A stretch of DNA of 64,000 bases from an uncultured Acidobacteriota bacterium (GTDB lineage Bacteria; Acidobacteriota; Thermoanaerobaculia; UBA5066). The translations under genes were made by a program, and so were the position numbers. The DNA lies in assembly GCA_963779415.1 (NCBI GenBank), contig CAVZYA010000002.1:896001-960000 (forward strand), in the 5' to 3' direction. This document shows positions 59,559 to 64,000 of the stretch, piece after piece (position 1 is the first letter of the stretch; each line of letters begins with the position of its first letter). The notes under the pieces were generated by a model that had not been told where the DNA came from, did no database searches, and saw only the letters and a list, made by a program, of their open reading frames with translations.

Positions 59559-61103
59559 TCACGACTTCTTCTCCTCTTTCTTTTCCTCTCTCGCGGGGGT
59601 CTCGGCTTTCGTCTCGATCCGCCCGACGGTCCGGTTCCTCTCGACGAAGATCCGGCTCGCCACCCGGCGGATGTCGGCCTTCGAGACCTTGTCGATCTTC
59701 TCCACCGCGCGGAAGAGCTCGCGCCAGTCGCCGTACCGTGTCTGGTAGCTTCCGAGCTCGTTCGCGAGCCCCTGGTTGTCCGCGAGCTTCCGGATCAGGT
59801 TCGCCTTCGCCCGGGTCTTGACCATCGCGAGCTCGGCGTCCGTGACGTCCTCGTTCTTCAACCGCTCCAGTTCGGCGCGGATGGCGTCCCGGACCTCGTC
59901 ATTCGTCCTGCCGGGGAGGGGGACGCCGTACGCGATGAAGAGGTTCGGGTACTTGTCGCCCGGGAAGTCGGGGAAGCCCTCCGCGACGGCCGCGACCTTC
60001 TTGTCGCGGACGAGACTCCGGTAGAGGCGCGAGGTCCGTCCGGAGGTGAGGAGGTCGCCGATCACGTCGTAGACGGCGCCGTCCGGATCGAGCGCGCCCG
60101 GCTTGTGATACCCCTCCATGTAGAACGGCTGGGAGGGGTCGACGAGGACGACTTCCTTCTCGGCGATCTGCGGAGGCTCCTCGGTCCGGATCTCGGGGGG
60201 CCGGGGCGCCTTCGGCAGTCGGCCGAAGTACTTCTCGATCACCGGGAGAGCCTCGGCGGCCTTCACGTCACCGACCACGGTCACGACCATGTTCGAGGGG
60301 ACGTAGTACTTCCTGAAGAACGCCGCCGCGTCGGTCGCGGTGAAGCTCTTCAGGTCGGACGGCCAGCCCAGGACGGGGTTGCCGTAGGGGTGCGCAACGA
60401 AGGCGACCGCGAGGAACTGCTCGACGAGGCGGCCGATCGGGCTCGAGTCGGTCCGCATCCGTCGCTCCTCGGTCACGACATCCCGCTCCTTGTAGAACTC
60501 GCGGAAGACAGGGGTCAGGAAGCGTCCCGACTCGAGGTAGGCCCAGAGCTCGAAGCGGTTCTCCGGCATGGAGAAGAAGTAGCCCGTCTCGTCCGAGGTC
60601 GTGAAGGCGTTCAGTCCCTCGCCTCCCGCGCGCTCGACGATCTCGCCGAACTCGTTGTTCACGACGTAGCCGTCCGCCTCGGCCATGGCGTCCCTCCACG
60701 CCTTCTCCAGCTCGGCGACCTTCTTCTCGTCGCGCCCGGTGGGCCGGCGCCGTTCGGCGTCGTAGGCGAGAAAGGCGGCTTCGACCTTCTCGAGGGCCTT
60801 CTTTTCGGCCGGGTAGTCCTTCGTGCCGATCCTGTCGGTCCCCTTGAAGGCCATGTGCTCGAACATGTGGGCGAGGCCGGTCTGCCCCACCTGCTCCTGC
60901 GCGCCCCCCGCGTTGACGTCCGTGAAGAAGGAGAAGACGGGGGCGACGGGGCGCTCGCAGACGATGACCGTGAGGCCGTTTTCGAGCGTCTTCGTCGTCA
61001 CCCTCTTCTCGAAGCTCGTGAGGTCCTGCGCCGCAGCGCCCATGGCGCCGAAGAGCAGAAGGGCGACGGCCGGAAGGGGGGTCAGACGTTGGATCTGTCT
61101 CAT
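59559..61103 (-). CDS. Secreted M16 (pitrilysin-like) zinc peptidase, catalytic subunit
   Basis: GLAHMFEHMAFKGT (HxxEH), NAFT, ERDVVTEERR, YYVPSN. Confidence 0.92.
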   Translation of the reverse strand: MRQIQRLTPLPAVALLLFGAMGAAAQDLTSFEKRVTTKTLENGLTVIVCERPVAPVFSFFTDVNAGGAQEQVGQTGLAHMFEHMAFKGTDRIGTKDYPAEKKALEKVEAAFLAYDAERRRPTGRDEKKVAELEKAWRDAMAEADGYVVNNEFGEIVERAGGEGLNAFTTSDETGYFFSMPENRFELWAYLESGRFLTPVFREFYKERDVVTEERRMRTDSSPIGRLVEQFLAVAFVAHPYGNPVLGWPSDLKSFTATDAAAFFRKYYVPSNMVVTVVGDVKAAEALPVIEKYFGRLPKAPRPPEIRTEEPPQIAEKEVVLVDPSQPFYMEGYHKPGALDPDGAVYDVIGDLLTSGRTSRLYRSLVRDKKVAAVAEGFPDFPGDKYPNLFIAYGVPLPGRTNDEVRDAIRAELERLKNEDVTDAELAMVKTRAKANLIRKLADNQGLANELGSYQTRYGDWRELFRAVEKIDKVSKADIRRVASRIFVERNRTVGRIETKAETPAREEKKEEKKS

Positions 61104-61233
61104 GCGGTTCTCCCTCGACCTTCCGAGTATGTCCGAAACGGGCCCTTCCGTCCCGAGCCCGTGGCGTCGGGGAGAAGGGCGGCCGTCCATGCCAGGACGG
61201 TCCGGTCCGGGTTCGCGCTAGCCTTGTCGGCGG

Positions 61234-62538
61234 ATGTCGTCGTCCGCCACGCCGCTCCCGGAGACTCCCCGTGTCCGGCACGCGCTCCGGTCCCTGCGCC
61301 ACCGGAACTACCGGCTCTTCTTCGGGGGGCAGCTGATCTCCCTGATCGGGACCTGGATGCAGAACGTGGCCCAGTCGTGGCTCGTCTACCGCCTGACGGG
61401 CTCGGAGGCGCTCCTCGGGCTGGTCGGCTTCGCCGGTCTGATCCCGATCTTTCTTCTCGCGCCGTTCGGAGGCGCGATCGCGGACCGGGCCGACCGGCGC
61501 CGCGTCCTCATCGCGACGCAGACGGCGTCCCTCCTCGCGGCGCTCGTCCTCGCGCTCCTGACGCTTCTGGGGGCGGTCGCCGTCTGGCACGTCGTCTGCA
61601 CGGCCGTGGCGCTCGGGATCGTGAACGCCGTGGACATCCCGACGCGGCAGGCCTTCGTCCCGAGCCTCGTCGGCGAGGAGGACCTCGTCAACGCGATCGC
61701 GCTGAACTCGACGATGTTCAACGGGGCAAGGATCGTCGGACCGGCCGTGGCCGGGGTCGTCCTGGCGGCGGTGGGAGAGGGATGGTGCTTCGCCGCGAAC
61801 GCCGCGAGCTTCCTCGCGGTCATCGTGGGGCTCGTCCTGATCTCCGTCCCCGCCCACGCGCCGGAACGGCGGACCCTCTCCACGATGGCGCACATCGCGG
61901 AAGGCTTCCGGTACGCGTGGAGCAACGTTCCGATCCGGGTCCTTCTCCTCCTGCTCGGCGTCGTCAGCCTGACGGGGATGCCCTACACGATCCTGATGCC
62001 GGTCTTCGCGGACCGGATCCTCCACGGCGGGGCGCGCTCCCTCGGCGTCCTGATGGCCGCCTCCGGATGCGGCGCGCTCGGAGGGGCGCTCCTCCTCGCC
62101 TCGCGGCGGGAGATCCGCGGGCTCGGCCTCTGGATCGCGCTCGCCGCGGCCGGCTTCGGCGCCAGCCTCGTCCTCTTCTCCCTCTCGCGGACGCTCTGGC
62201 TCTCGGTCGGCCTCCTCGTCCCCGCCGGCTTCGCGATGATCGTGCAGATGGCCTCCTCGAACACGCTCGTCCAGTCCATGGTCCCGGACAAGCTGCGGGG
62301 CCGCGTGATGTCGGTCTACTCGATGATGTTTTTGGGGATGGCGCCGTTCGGATCCCTTCTGGCCGGAGTCCTCGCCGAGCGCGTCGGCGCCCCGACGACC
62401 GTCGCGGCGGGAGGAGCCGTCTGCATGGCGGCGGCGGCGCTCTTCGGGCGGCGCCTCCCCACCATCCGGGAGGAGGGACGGCGCCTCGTCGCGGCGAGCC
62501 GGAGGGAGCGCCCCTCGTCGCATAATTCCCCGTCATGA
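61234..62538 (+). CDS. MFS transporter (MFS_3/EntS-like)
   Basis: LRHRNYRLFFGGQLISLIGTWMQ, GGAIADRADRRR, LRGRVMS. Confidence 0.9.
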   Translation: MSSSATPLPETPRVRHALRSLRHRNYRLFFGGQLISLIGTWMQNVAQSWLVYRLTGSEALLGLVGFAGLIPIFLLAPFGGAIADRADRRRVLIATQTASLLAALVLALLTLLGAVAVWHVVCTAVALGIVNAVDIPTRQAFVPSLVGEEDLVNAIALNSTMFNGARIVGPAVAGVVLAAVGEGWCFAANAASFLAVIVGLVLISVPAHAPERRTLSTMAHIAEGFRYAWSNVPIRVLLLLLGVVSLTGMPYTILMPVFADRILHGGARSLGVLMAASGCGALGGALLLASRREIRGLGLWIALAAAGFGASLVLFSLSRTLWLSVGLLVPAGFAMIVQMASSNTLVQSMVPDKLRGRVMSVYSMMFLGMAPFGSLLAGVLAERVGAPTTVAAGGAVCMAAAALFGRRLPTIREEGRRLVAASRRERPSSHNSPS

Positions 62539-62960
62539 CGCGGGTCGACTGGCACCGGTACTTCATGAACATCGCCCGGGAGGTGGCGCAACGGGCCACC
62601 TGCCCGCGAAAGCACGTCGGGGCCGTTATCGTCCGCGACAAGCGGATCCTCTCGACCGGCTACAACGGATCGCTGCGTGGGCTGCCGCACTGCGACGAGG
62701 TCGGGTGCCTGATGGAGGACGGCCACTGCACGGCGACCGTCCACGCCGAGGCGAACGCCATTCTCCAGGCGGCGATGAACGGCGTCCGGATCGAGGGAGG
62801 CGAGATCTACACGACGGCCTCGCCCTGCTGGAACTGCTTCAAGCTGATCGCGAACGCGGGCCTCGTGGCGATCTACTTCGGCGAGTTCTACCGGGAGGAA
62901 CGGATCCACGACTACGCGGAGAAGGCGGGAATCGAACTCGTCGATCTCGGAAGGGTCTGA
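62535..62960 (+). CDS. dCMP deaminase family protein
   Basis: RATC..VGAVIV..TGYNG, HAEANA, PCWNC. Confidence 0.92.
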   Translation: MTRVDWHRYFMNIAREVAQRATCPRKHVGAVIVRDKRILSTGYNGSLRGLPHCDEVGCLMEDGHCTATVHAEANAILQAAMNGVRIEGGEIYTTASPCWNCFKLIANAGLVAIYFGEFYREERIHDYAEKAGIELVDLGRV

Positions 62961-62963
62961 GGG

Positions 62964-64000
62964 CTATTTCGTCGCGTCGGGGCGGGAGCCCAGCGTCACC
63001 TCGATCGGCTTTTCGACGACCTGGCCGTTTTCGGTCCGCTTCACGACGAAGAGGACCTTCTGCCCCGGCTTGAGCGCCTGCAGCGCATAGGTGTAGTCGT
63101 AGAGGTTCCGGATCTCCTTGTCGCCCACCTTGACGAGGAGGTCGCCTGTCTCGATTCCGGCTTTCTCGGCGGGTGAGCCCGCGGTCACGCCGGAGAACCT
63201 CACGCCGGCTTTCTCCTCGGAGAAGTCGGGAATCCCTCCGACCCAGACCCGGAGCCCGCGTCCGGACCGTGGAGGGGCCTCGTCCTTGACAGGGGTGAAG
63301 GCGATCTTTTCTGGCGCGTCGGCCATCCCCTCGATCACGGGGGCGACGAAGGAGACGACGCGGACGATCCCGCCGGCGTCGATCTTGTCGGCCGTGTCCC
63401 CAGGCTTGTGGTAGTCGGCGTGCGCGCCGGTGAAGAGGAAGAGGACCGGAATCTTCGCGGCGTAGAAGGGGCCGTGATCCGAGGGGCCGAAGCCTCCCGA
63501 CTGCAAGGAGAGCTTGAGCTTCGCCTCCTCGTTCGAACGGTCGACGAGGGGCTTCCATGCCGGGGAGGTCCCGAGCCCCTGAAGATCGAGCTTGTTGTCG
63601 CGGAGGCGCCCGACCATGTCGAGGTTGACCATCGCCACGAGGGAGCTCGCGGGAGCCGTCGGGTTCTTCGTGAAGTGGAGCGATCCGAGCGTTCCCTCCT
63701 CCTCCGCGCCGAACGAGACGAAGAGGATCGAGCGGGAGAGCCCGGCGCGCCGCGTGGAGAAGAGACGCGCCAGCTCGAGCATGGCGGCCGTCCCCGAGGC
63801 GTTGTCGTCGGCGCCGGGGTGGATGCGTGGCTCCCCGCTCCGGTCCAGGGAACTTCCGCCCCCCATCCCCAAATGGTCGTAATGCGCGCCGACGACGACG
63901 AACTCGTCCTTCTTCGGTCCGTTCGGATTCCGGAGCATGGCGACGACGTTCCGGGTGGTGACGCGGCGCGGTGAGACGTCCGCGACGAGCGAGACCTTCG
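62964..64000 (-). CDS. M28 family aminopeptidase with C-terminal PDZ domain; 5' end beyond window
   Basis: GAHYDHLG, GADDNASG, AEEEG, NLDMVG, SDH, DYHKPGD; PDZ (GGIPDF..GSPAEKAGI..GD). Confidence 0.92.
   Translation of the reverse strand, partial: KVSLVADVSPRRVTTRNVVAMLRNPNGPKKDEFVVVGAHYDHLGMGGGSSLDRSGEPRIHPGADDNASGTAAMLELARLFSTRRAGLSRSILFVSFGAEEEGTLGSLHFTKNPTAPASSLVAMVNLDMVGRLRDNKLDLQGLGTSPAWKPLVDRSNEEAKLKLSLQSGGFGPSDHGPFYAAKIPVLFLFTGAHADYHKPGDTADKIDAGGIVRVVSFVAPVIEGMADAPEKIAFTPVKDEAPPRSGRGLRVWVGGIPDFSEEKAGVRFSGVTAGSPAEKAGIETGDLLVKVGDKEIRNLYDYTYALQALKPGQKVLFVVKRTENGQVVEKPIEVTLGSRPDATK

Overview
A high-GC bacterial chromosomal segment. The gene content (Ser/Thr kinase-TonB fusion, secreted DinB, several sigma54 activators, MglA, M16/M28 proteases) suggests Acidobacteriota, but this is an inference. 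Most of it is core or ancillary: ABC exporter end, phoH-ybeY-era, PilZ and an extended MglA, glycosylation genes, VWA/AAA ATPase, a two-component system, ECF sigma/anti-sigma, tRNA-Thr(CGT), two RelE-type toxin-antitoxin loci, a NifA-like activator with amtB-glnK, transporters, PFOR with a DHOD-like gene, htpX-terC, a CydA-like pair with heme c, an HDAC-family gene, smc, an FHA-AAA+ regulator with a kinase, and an operon of M16 proteases, KS, CLF-like protein and thioesterase. About nine single-base indels cluster in 21-37 kb and are probably read or assembly errors. The best leads are: (1) a 131-aa in-frame mini glutamine synthetase keeping only the N-terminal domain and C-terminal tail; (2) a repeated ACA-N4-TGT palindrome flanking a NifA-like gene with no nif genes, next to amtB-glnK; (3) two islets with integron-cassette/REP-like border motifs; (4) a CydA-paralog heterodimer with heme c; (5) an operon of proteases plus KS/CLF/thioesterase. 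No CRISPR array, rRNA, integrase or transposase was seen. All family assignments come from recognising motifs by eye; no database search was run.
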